Shown piece by piece: positions 1 through 11,057 of a DNA stretch of 64,000 nt (positions within the stretch are counted from its first letter, which is position 1; every line of letters begins with the position of its first letter). A program made the position numbers and the translations under genes. Source of the stretch: Lytechinus pictus (lineage: Eukaryota); contig NC_087250.1 in NCBI RefSeq assembly GCF_037042905.1, positions 24,864,001-24,928,000 of the forward strand, given 5' to 3'. The notes beneath the pieces are model-generated. The model worked only from the letters and a program-made list of their open reading frames with translations. It was not told the DNA's origin and searched no databases.

Positions 1-539
1 ACGTTTTATTTATACAAAAAGACACTTTGGTGGTCATTTCATTGGATTCTGTACGAACTCAGTATTGTTTGGAGCTAAAAGTGAATGAGAAAATTTTCAA
101 AACTTAAAGAACGAAAAGCTGTTTGACCCCGTGTCTCCCTCTTGGTGTCGTCACTGGTCCGCGATATTTCAAAACGTTGCAGATGGCCACTTCAGTATGA
201 AACCGCGGGTATATACATACCAAACACAGAGCTTCAAAGCAGTTGCGGATAATACACGAAATATTTTGAGGCAGCACAACATAGCCAATTGTGGTATAAT
301 TTGTAAAAAGTTGCCAGCGAGCGAAGCGAGCCAGAAAATTTTGGCCTTTCAGGATTTTGAAATTACATTCTAATTATGTGATAATAGCTTTGAAAATATA
401 GCCAAAGTAAAAATTGAGAGGGTTTGTACGGTAAATCTAGCAGGCGCAAAGCTTTACTTATTCATTAAGATCGACATGGGGAATATATATAACTAGCCCT
501 TGGCTAAGGATTTTTTTTGTCCTGATTGCGGCCATTATT

Positions 540-1279
540 TACGGAGCCCGGGAAGGGACATGGTAAAAATATTTTTATCTCGTTAAAACGACATAGTATC
601 TCGTTTTAATGAGATAGTATCTCGTTAAAACGACATAGTATCTCGTTTTAATGAGATAGTATCTCGTTTTAATGAGATAGTATCTCGTTTTAATGAGATA
701 GTATCTCGTTTTAATGAGATAGTATCTCGTTTTAATGAGATAGTATCTCGTTTTAATGAGAAAGTATCTCGTGTTAATGAGATAGTATCTCGTTTTAATG
801 AGATAGTATCTCGTTTTAATGAGATAGTATCTCGTTAAAACGACATAGTATCTCGTTTTAATGAGATAGTATCTCGTTAAAACGACATAGTATCTCGTTT
901 TAATGAGATAGTATCTCGTTTTAATGAGATAGTATCTCGTTTTAATGAGATAGTATCTCGTTAAAACGACATAGTATCTCGTTTTAATGAGATAGTTATC
1001 TCGTTTTAATGAGATAGTATCTCGTATAAGTCCATTGCATACTGGAACCGGGTGGTCCCTGTATTAAGCCTATGGGAGTGAGAGAATTCAGTAGTCCACG
1101 GGTTAACAACATAATACCACCGGCAGGAAGTTGGTTGGGTGTTCGATATTCGAAATTCAAACTGTGAAGTTGGTTTGATATTCAGGTTCGATATTCAAAC
1201 GCGTGTGAAGTTGGACCAATATTCGATATTCAAAAATTAGGGGTCTTGAAAGCTAACTAGGGGGTTAAACAAGTGCAGC
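540..1279 (+). mobile_element. Truncated duplicate of the foldback element left arm
   Basis: Same ATTATT flank (534-539), tacggagcccggg terminus and 21-bp array as at 2156. It ends abruptly at 1279. Confidence 0.9.
577..1025 (+). repeat. 21-bp minisatellite (tagtatctcgttttaatgaga / tagtatctcgttaaaacgaca)
   Basis: About 21 tandem units of two variants. Confidence 0.95.
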
Positions 1280-2192
1280 GAAATTTTGAATTTTATAAAA
1301 TGATCTGAAAGATTTTAAGAGAAATTCCAATAGTTGCAGTAAACACTGATTTCATGAGAAAGTCTGTAAAACAAGGCTTACTTGTCAGTATATCATCGAG
1401 GATCTAGATCTGGTACAGTTACTTAAACTGAACTTCGTGAAATCTTGAAATCTACGCTGAAAAATGTTTAGACTCAAGATCCCCAACACAGATAAGCGCA
1501 CGTGGGACAGTGTATAATTATTGCTTTGAAAGTCGTGCCCGACTCTACCCGAATCCTGTGCTTATTTGCTGATTTCTCAGCAATTACACAATTTCTTCCC
1601 GAATTCTTTGGCACATACGTTTTATTTATACAAAAAGACACTTTGGTGGTCATTTCATTGGATTCTGTACGAACTCAGTATTGTTTGGAGCTAAAAGTGA
1701 ATGAGAAAATTTTCAAAACTTAAAGAACGAAAAGCTGTTTGACCCCGTGTCTCCCTCTTGGTGTCGTCACTGGTCCGCGATATTTCAAAACGTTGCAGAT
1801 GGCCACTTCAGTATGAAACCGCGGGTATATACATACCAAACACAGAGCTTCAAAGCAGTTGCGGATAATACACGAAATATTTTGAGGCAGCACAACATAG
1901 CCAATTGTGGTATAATTTGTAAAAAGTTGCCAGCGAGCGAAGCGAGCCAGAAAATTTTGGCCTTTCAGGATTTTGAAATTACATTCTAATTATGTGATAA
2001 TAGCTTTGAAAATATAGCCAAAGTAAAAATTGAGAGGGTTTGTACGGTAAATCTAGCAGGCGCAAAGCTTTACTTATTCATTAAGATCGACATGGGGAAT
2101 ATATATAACTAGCCCTTGGCTAAGGATTTTTTTTGTCCTGATTGCGGCCATTATTTACGGAGCCCGGGAAGGGACATGGTAAAAATATTTTT

Positions 2193-2641
2193 ATCTCGTT
2201 AAAACGACATAGTATCTCGTTTTAATGAGATAGTATCTCGTTAAAACGACATAGTATCTCGTTTTAATGAGATAGTATCTCGTTTTAATGAGATAGTATC
2301 TCGTTTTAATGAGATAGTATCTCGTTTTAATGAGATAGTATCTCGTTTTAATGAGATAGTATCTCGTTTTAATGAGAAAGTATCTCGTGTTAATGAGATA
2401 GTATCTCGTTTTAATGAGATAGTATCTCGTTTTAATGAGATAGTATCTCGTTAAAACGACATAGTATCTCGTTTTAATGAGATAGTATCTCGTTAAAACG
2501 ACATAGTATCTCGTTTTAATGAGATAGTATCTCGTTTTAATGAGATAGTATCTCGTTTTAATGAGATAGTATCTCGTTAAAACGACATAGTATCTCGTTT
2601 TAATGAGATAGTTATCTCGTTTTAATGAGATAGTATCTCGT
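2193..2641 (+). repeat. 21-bp minisatellite, left TIR outer domain
   Basis: About 21 tandem units, same as 577-1025. Confidence 0.95.
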
Positions 2642-3000
2642 ATAAGTCCATTGCATACTGGAACCGGGTGGTCCCTGTATTAAGCCTATGGGAGTGAGAG
2701 AATTCAGTAGTCCACGGGTTAACAACATAATACCACCGGCAGGAAGTTGGTTGGGTGTTCGATATTCGAAATTCAAACTGTGAAGTTGGTTTGATATTCA
2801 GGTTCGATATTCAAACGCGTGTGAAGTTGGACCAATATTCGATATTCAAAAATTAGGGGTCTTGAAAGCTAACTAGGGGGTTAAACAAGTGCAGCACGTC
2901 TCGGGCAACCATAACAACACTGGCCTGCCCTAGTAAGAGGACATTCAGGGGACAAACGTCAGTGAATAAAAGGGCAGAAATTTTTTTTTTTTTTTTTTCT

Positions 3001-3706
3001 TTTCGAGGGGCCCCCACATCCCGACGGCCTACCCAGGGCAACCATGTATCCTATCTTGTAGAAATCGACTCGGGAAACAAGATAAGCACTAGCTTGACCC
3101 GGCGCATGCACATTTAGGGGGCTCAAATTAACAAAATTAAAGGGAATAAAGGGCTATTTATCGCATTTTTTCAATTAAAAAAAATATATTTTTCAAGGGG
3201 CCCCCAGGGATATCCCGACGGCCTAGCCAGGGTAACCACGTATCCTAACTTGTAGAACTCGACTCGGGCAACCAGATAAACACTAGCTTGACCCGGCGCA
3301 TGCACATTTAGGGGGCTCAAATTAACAAAATTAAAGGGAATAAAGGGCTATTTATCGCATTTTTTCAATTAAAAAAAATATATTTTTCAAGGGGCCCCCA
3401 GGGATATCCCGACGGCCTAGCCAGGGTAACCACGTATCCTAACTTGTAGAACTCGACTCGGGCAACCAGATAAACACTAGCTTGACCCGGCGCATGCACA
3501 TTTAGGGGGCTCAAATTAACAAAATTAAAGGGAATAAAGGGCTATTTATCGCATTTTTTCAATTAAAAAAAATATATTTTTCAAGGGGCCCCCAGGGATA
3601 TCCCGACGGCCTAGCCAGGGTAACCACGTATCCTAACTTGTAGAACTCGACTCGGGCAACCAGATAAACACTAGCTTGACCCGGCGCATGCACATCATTT
3701 AGGGGG
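3001..3706 (+). repeat. 194-bp tandem repeat, left TIR inner domain (~3.6 copies)
   Basis: tatcccgacggcc recurs at 3211, 3405 and 3599. Confidence 0.93.
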
Positions 3707-5706
3707 CAACTCGTTAAAGCATCTCATGAGCAGATCTTATTCATCTACTAGTATTATACTACTTGTAAGTCCTAATTCCTCCGCCAATAAAATAGTTCCG
3801 AAATCTTAGTGACACCTGTATTTTTCTTTCATTTGCACAAAATATGTTCAATGGTTGCCCATTCTTTGTTTATATAATCAGTCTAATCATTATACATACT
3901 CTTTTTTGTAATCAACTCACCAAAAAAAAAATGAGAATGGGTTGGGTCGAATGAATATCTTTAGCTTTCTGTTGTAGATCGTCATCTCTTGGAGAAAAGA
4001 TGGGGGCGTATATCGATACAAAACGTTTTGTCATGATATAAAATATGAGTATAAAGCTCCAATGATCTTCGAATGATTCTCATGAGACATTTTATTTTGC
4101 ATGTTTAGCCTTCAATTTATTTAGTTAGCAAGGAGTTATACCCCTCCAATAAATTTTAATGAACTAAAATGTCTCTTTTAGACGATATCGCGTGACTAAT
4201 TCCAAATCTATTGATTGATTGATCGACTAAATTTCCAAAGCTACTATCACATAATTAGAATTTAATTTTAAAATAATTTTAAAGGCCAAAATTTTCTGGC
4301 TTGCTTCGCTCGCTGGCTACTTTTTTCAAAATTAATTATTCCACATTTGCTTTGGTGTGCTGCCTCAACATATTTCGTTTATTATCCGCAACTGCGTTGA
4401 ACTTAATATAATATGTGGTGTATGTACCAGCGATTTGAAAAAAAAAATGGCCATCTGCAATGTTTAAAAATATCACGAGGTTCCGGGGGCTCCACCCCAG
4501 ACCAGTGCATGGCGCCACCGAATGGGGAGGCCCCATTGAGTCCCCCCCCCCACCCCCGAAATTTGAAGGAAAAAAAATGTATATAATTCTCCAAAAATGT
4601 TTTTAGTTCTTTAAATTTTAACAATTTTGTCATCCATTCACCGTCACAGCATTTAGCTCCCAACAATTTTAGTCACTAACATAAATCTTTCAGGCCATTA
4701 TATAAAATTCAAAATGTAGCTCGCGCTACGCGCTTCCAGATATTAATGATTATCTGTTCACATGGGGCTTAAAAATCCAATATTATTAGAGTTTTCATTA
4801 TTCGTTTTAGCAAGATACATTATCCTGCGAATTCATAATTTTCACAAATGATATATTTTCAGCGAATTAGATAGCCATCCAGTTCATAATTAAAAAAAAG
4901 CTTAGAACGGCCAGGTATCATCCCGGATATCAAAAATTTTCGGCTCGCGCTTCGCGCTCGCACTATTTATTTGGTGAGATATCATCTTCATAACCCAATT
5001 AATGGAAACAGCTGATCCTTAACAGGTCCCTTTTTCATTCAGTAGGGACTGCATATAAAATAAAATTAGCTCGCAACTCTCGCTCGATTTTTTTTTAAAT
5101 GTGTGTCATCCCCCCGGCCCCAAAATGTTTGTTTGCCTCATCCTAGGTTAAAAACCCTGGTGCCGTCATTGCCCCGGACCCGAACCGCATAGCACTGCCC
5201 CCCCCCCAAAAAAAAAAAGTTCTACAACCGAGAACAAAAAAGAAATAATAAAAGGAAAGAAAGAAAAGGAAGATGAAAGATATGATGTCATTTTCTGCAT
5301 TCCATGTCAAAATCAATCTCAAAATTACAGGTGATTTTTTTTCGCTCACTTCACTCGCTCGAGACTTATTATTAAGCAAATATTTGCTGCGTGCGCCATG
5401 GTGTGCCCCCTCTTTTTTGTTCTAATCTCGCATTGAGCTTCGCCCTAATGTTCAGGGCATAATCATAAAATATCCTGGTCATACAATAATATGTATGACC
5501 CCTCCATTCTCTCTCTCTCCCTTTCCCCTCCTTTTCTTTCCTATCTCTCCCTTTCGCTTCTCTCTCTTTTATTTTTGTCTTCTCTCTTTCTTTGTTGTTT
5601 TTTACTCTACCCATTGGCGGCAACCCTAACGGATGGGGGGGACCGTGGTTCCCCATGCTAATCCGTATTCCTTGTTAATTTAACCCCCCCCCAAAAAAAA
5701 AAAAAT

Positions 5707-6985
5707 ATGCATGCGCCAGGTCAAGCTAGTGTGTATCTGGTTGCCCGAGTCCAGTTCTAAAAGTTAGGATACGTGGTAACCCTGGCTAAGCCGTCGGAAT
5801 ATCCCTGGGGGCCCCTTGAAAAAATACTTTATTTCAATTATAAAAAATGCGATAAATAGCCCTTTATTCCCTTTAATTTTGTTAATTTGAGCCCCCTAAA
5901 TGTGCATGCGCCGGGTCAAGCTAGTGTTTATCTGGTTGCCCGAGTCGAGTTCTACAAGTTAGGATATGTGGTTACCCTGGCTAGGCCGTCGGGATATCAC
6001 TGGGGGCCCCTTGAAAAAATACTTTATTTTAATTATAAAAAATGCGATAAATAGCCCTTTATTCCCTTTAATTTTGTTAATTTGAGCCCCCTAAATGTGC
6101 ATGCGCCGGGTCAAGCTAGTGTTTATCTGGTTGCCCGAGTCGAGTTCTACAAGTTAGGATACGTGGTTACCCTGGCTAGGCCGTCGGGATATCCCTGGGG
6201 GCCCCTTGAAAAATATATTTTTTTTTATTGAAAAAATGCGATAAATAGCCCTTTATTCCTTTAATTTTATTAATTTGAGCCCCCTAAATGTGCATGCGCC
6301 GGGTCAAGTTAGTTCTTATCTGGTTGCCCGAGTCGAGTTCTACAAGTTAGGATACGTGGTTACCCTGGCTAGGCCGTCGGGATATCCCTGGGGGCCCCTT
6401 GAAAAAATACTTTATTTTAATTATAAAAAATGCGATAAATAGCCCTTTATTCCCTTTAATTTTGTTAATTTGAGCCCCCTAAATGTGCATGCGCCGGGTC
6501 AAGCTAGTGTTTATATGGTTGCCCGAGTCGAGTTCTACAAGTTAGGATACGTGGTTACCCTGGCTAGGCCGTCGGGATATCCCTGGGGGCCCCTTGAAAA
6601 ATATATTTTTTTTAATTGAAAAAATGCGATAAATAGCCCTTTATTCCTTTAATTTTGTTAATTTGAGCCCCCTAAATGTCCATGCGCCGGGTCAAGTTAG
6701 TTCTTATCTTTTTGACCGAGTCAAGTTCTACAAGATAGTATATGTGGTTATTCTAGCTAGGCCGTCGGGATATCCCTGGGGGCCCCTTGAAAAAATACTT
6801 TATTTTAATTATAAAAAATGCGATAAATAGCCCTTTATTCCCTTTAATTTTGTTAATTTGAGCCCCCTAAATGTGCATGCGCCGGGTCAAGCTAGTGCTT
6901 ATCTTGTTTCCCGAGTCGATTTCTACAAGATAGGATATATGGTTGCCCTGGGTAGGCCGTCGGGATGTGGGGGCCCCTCGAAAAG
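5707..6985 (-). repeat. ~194-bp tandem repeat, right TIR inner domain (~6.6 copies)
   Basis: Reverse complement of the 3001-3706 unit. Confidence 0.93.
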
Positions 6986-7345
6986 AAAAATTAAAAAAAA
7001 TAACAATTTTCTGCCCTTTTATTCACTGACGTTTGTCCCCTGAATGTCCTCTTACTAGGGCAGGCCAGTGTTGTTATGGTTGCCCGAGACGTGCTGCACT
7101 TGTTTAACCCCCTAGTTAGCTTTCAAGACCCCTAATTTTTGAATATCGAATAGTGGTCCAACTTCACACGCGTTTGAATATCGAACCTGAATATCAAACC
7201 AACTTCACAGTTTGAATTTCGAATATCGAACATCCAACCAACTTCCTGCCGGTGGTATTATGTTGTTAACCCGTGGACTACTGAATTCTCTCACTCCCAT
7301 AGGCTTAATACAGGGACCACCCGGTTCCAGTATGCAATGGACTTA

Positions 7346-8111
7346 TACGAGATACTATCTCATTAAAACGAGATAACTATCTCATTAAAACGAGATACTA
7401 TGTCGTTTTAACGAGATACTATCTCATTAAAACGAGATACTATCTCATTAAAACGAGATACTATGTCGTTTTAACGAGATACTATCTCATTAAAACGAGA
7501 TACTATCTCATTAAAACGAGATACTATCTCATTAAAACGAGATACTATGTCGTTTTAACGAGATACTATCTCATTAAAACGAGATACTATCTCATTAAAA
7601 CGAGATACTATCTCATTAAAACGAGATACTTTCTCATTAAAACGAGATACTATCTCATTAAAACGAGATACTATCTCATTAAAACGAGATACTATCTCAT
7701 TAAAACGAGATACTATCTCATTAAAACGAGATACTATGTCGTTTTAACGAGATACTATCTCATTAAAACGAGATACTATCTCATTAAAACGAGATACTAT
7801 CTCATTAAAACGAGATACTATGTCGTTTTAACGAGATACTATCTCATTAAAACGAGATACTATGTCGTTTTAACGAGATACTATCTCATTAAAACGAGAT
7901 AACTATGTCGTTTTAACGAGATACTATCTCATTAAAACGAGATACTATCTCATTAAAACGAGATACTATGTCGTTTTAACGAGATACTATCTCATTAAAA
8001 CGAGATACTATCTCATTAAAACGAGATACTATCTCATTAAAACGAGATACTATGTCGTTTTAACGAGATACTATCTCATTAAAACGAGATACTATGTCGT
8101 TTTAACGAGAT
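7346..8111 (-). repeat. 21-bp minisatellite, right TIR outer domain (~36 units)
   Basis: Reverse complement of the left array, longer and with a different variant order. Confidence 0.95.
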
Positions 8112-8213
8112 AAAAATATTTTTACCATGTCCCTTCCCGGGCTCCGTAATTATTGCATGTAATCTAGCAAGCTTATAATATACACCATCCACCCCCCGGG
8201 GGGGGGGGGCTTA

Positions 8214-9326
8214 TTATATTCACTCGCGTTCGTAATCACTCGCGTTGCGTTGGTAATCACACGCGTTTTTTATTTTTGGCGATTTTTTTTTCATTTCGGT
8301 GCGATTTTTTTTCTAACGGTGTCTTCAATGGGACAAACACGCTGGGAAAATAAAATGAAATTGAAATTCGAGTTTCGTTTTAAGCCGGCAAGTGCCTTAA
8401 ATAAGATGTACTCGACTACTTTTTAAACATAACAAACAAGCAAATCAGCCATGTGGCTCAACTAACTTAGAATAGATCCGGACTTCTACTGTGTCTTATA
8501 CGAGGACTCCGAGTCGGAACTTGCCATATCTGCCACATCGATATTACATCGTATCATTCCCATATGCGGACATGCCTGCATGCAATGGCCCCAAGGCGGC
8601 CGGACCCGGCCGCGGTCGGACACGACGTGCATCGGTAGCACGGAGCAAGCTAACGTGAGTCGAGCTGAGTTAGATCCCACGTTACATATGTAACGTGGGA
8701 TCCGCATATGGGAATGATACGATGTAATATCGATGTGGCAGATATGGCAAGTTCCGACTCGGAGTCCTCGTATAAAACACAGTAGAAGTCCGGATCTATT
8801 CTAAGTTAATAATAGTTATTATTTAATGAATAATGATTATATAACAAATAATTGTTCTATATAATATTGGTACAATCGGCGCCTCATATATAACGTGGGA
8901 TCTAACTCAGCTCGACTCACGTTAGCTTGCTCCGTGCTACCGATGCACGTCGTGTCCGACCGCGGCCGGGTCCGGCCGCCTTGGGGCCATTGCATGCAGG
9001 CATGTCCGCATATGGGAATGATACGATGTAATATCGATGTGGCAGATATGGCAAGTTCCGACTCGGAGTCCTCGTATAAGACACAGTAGAAATCTATTCT
9101 AAGTTAGTTGAGCCACATGGCTGATTTGCTTGTTTGTTATGTTAAAACAGTAGTCGAGTACATTTTATTTTAAGGCACTCAATTGCCGGCTAAAAACGAA
9201 ACTCGAATTTCAATTTCATTTTATTTTCTCTGCATGTCTGTCCCATTGAAGACACCGTTAAAAAAAATCGCCAAAAATTCAAAACGCGAGTGATTACGAA
9301 CCCGCACGCGACGCGAGTGATTATAA
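8214..9326. mobile_element. Palindromic non-autonomous element with ~450-bp arms and an extra internal partial arm
   Basis: 8214-8690 is the reverse complement of ~8885-9326, which gives the mirror ORFs 8486-8707(-) and 8895-9089(+). Ends read ttata(a/t)tcactcgcg. No clear TSD. Confidence 0.8.
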
Positions 9327-9735
9327 ACTGCCGGGGGGGGGGCACTCGACCAATGTGCCGCGGGCTAGCCCGGCCGCGCGTTTCCGTTTTACACCCTGGC
9401 GAAGGCATTTTCCGCAAAAATAGCCACAAAGCGACTAGTGAAGAGTCTACACACGTCGCTGAACATGTCTACACACGCGCGCGCGGAAGAGGAAGGGTTC
9501 TCGCGGAGCTCTTTCTTTCCTCCCTTTTTGGGGGGTTTTCTTTATCAGAATTGTTAATTTTCATCGAGCCGCATCTTTTACGGATCTTTTAGGACCAATA
9601 TTTGGATTTCTTCTGCAAAGAGAAAGCAAAGGTAAGCAGGATTTGTTGGCCTTTAACTAATTTCCATTCCGCACACACTAACGCATAGGTTAACACGTGT
9701 TTTCAAAAACCCCGCCCTGTAGCGGCGGACCAATC

Positions 9736-11044
9736 ATGACAGAGGGTCACGCGAAAACGGGACCGCCATTGCAAGATACCACTGACGATGAATTCCGGAC
9801 TGTCACGTACGCACGATCACCTAAAATTAAATTTCGCGGCAAACGAAGACGTGAAGGAAGCTTGGACGTGGAAAATATCACGCCCAGGGCGGACTCTTCG
9901 TCAGATAGTACAAGCAACACAACTTTTACGATACACAGCACCCCATCCACAAACACAAGGGCCAATTTTACTCTGTATATTAGCCCGATAGAAAAAAACA
10001 AGAATTTCAATAACGTAAATCCCATAGAAATAGCAAGAGCAATTAAACGCACTTGTCCCAATCCAATTGACAATATTATCTGACCGCTCTTCAACAAATA
10101 ACCCAAATTGGCAACATCCCAGTAAAAATAGAAGAAAAGAGAGCCGGCGTGAAGGGTGTTATTTATGGGGTCTCTACAGCTATCTCAGAAGAGGAAATCA
10201 AGCAGGAGCTTAAGACCCAGGGAGTTTCTTTTGCAAAGAGAATTACTAAGAAAACAAAACAAAATGAAATGGTCCCATCGAAGAAGTGCCCCTCAAAAGT
10301 GTAATTCTTACATTCAATAAAACAAATCTCCCCGAACAAGTAAACTTGTGTTTTCAAATTTTCCCAGTTAAGATCTTTGTACCCCGTGCTTCAAGATGCT
10401 TCAAATGTCAACGGTTTGGCCACGGCATAGCTCAATGCAGAGCAAAGATACGTTGTGTTAGGTGCGGAGAAGCACATACCTTTGAGGAATGTCAAAAGAA
10501 AGAAGATAGGAAATGTATCAATTGCGGGGGCAGACATTCTGCAGCATACGATGGATGTGCCGTGGCTAAAAAGGCACAGAAAATACAGCACATAAAAGTA
10601 ACAAAGAACACAACCTATGCTAACGCCGCAAAAATGCTCGCTAACGAAGAAAAAACAGCAGACAATAACTTGACCACGCCTCATAATGTAGACTCAACCA
10701 ACAAGCACCAAATTGATCCCCTTGTAGCTCAAACTAAATCCGCCCCTCCGGTGGTCCGTCCAAAAGAACCCCTCCCAAAAAAGACGGCACCACAAACAGA
10801 AGTTCCAATGGATTTTAATTATGAACAAACAAGAAAAGAAGAACATAGATACGAGCCTCAAACGAAAAGTAACTTTTTAACAACAGCAGACAATGAACAG
10901 ATTATAAATTTTATTACTTATCTTATATTCATTTTTGTGGAAGGAAAAACAAAGAAAGAAGTTTTAGCTCTGGTCGAATCGGTAACTGGACGATTGCTTA
11001 GAAGTGGATCTACCCCTACCCCACAGGCAGAAGGAGGTAGCTAG
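9736..11044 (+). pseudogene. LINE ORF1 (gag-like, three zinc knuckles), frameshifted
   Basis: VKGVIYGV..EEI, VILTF, RCFKCQRFGH..C, CVRCGEAH...C, CINCGGRH...C. The frame is broken near 10080 and 10285. Confidence 0.88.
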
Positions 11045-11057
11045 TTTTTTTCTTATC

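Larger units (their letters stand above)
1..2895. repeat. Tandem duplication, period 1616 bp (1-1279 = 1617-2895)
   Basis: 1-1279 recurs apparently identically at 1617-2895, with identical 80-aa ORFs at 131 and 1747. Copy 1 breaks off after aagtgcagc at 1279. The duplication probably starts before the window. Confidence 0.95.
2156..8148. mobile_element. Non-autonomous foldback DNA transposon with modular TIRs and 6-bp TSD (IS3EU-like ends)
   Basis: Left end tacggagcccgggaagggacatggtaaaaat and right end atttttaccatgtcccttcccgggctccgta. ATTATT at 2150-2155 and 8149-8154. Arms are ~2156-3706 and ~5707-8148. No transposase ORF. The superfamily is inferred from termini and TSD only. Confidence 0.9.

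Noticed and set aside
131..1989. Duplicated 80-aa ORF (131-373, 1747-1989) as a gene
   Set aside because: GTG start in a eukaryote. It lies in a repeat whose homolog at 4336-4536 is diverged and truncated, and it has no recognisable domain.
577..8111. 21-bp quasi-palindromic arrays as a CRISPR array
   Set aside because: There are no unique spacers and no cas genes, the context is eukaryotic, and the arrays are part of TIRs.
8486..9089. Mirror-image 64-73-aa ORFs
   Set aside because: They are a by-product of the palindrome and show no protein motif.
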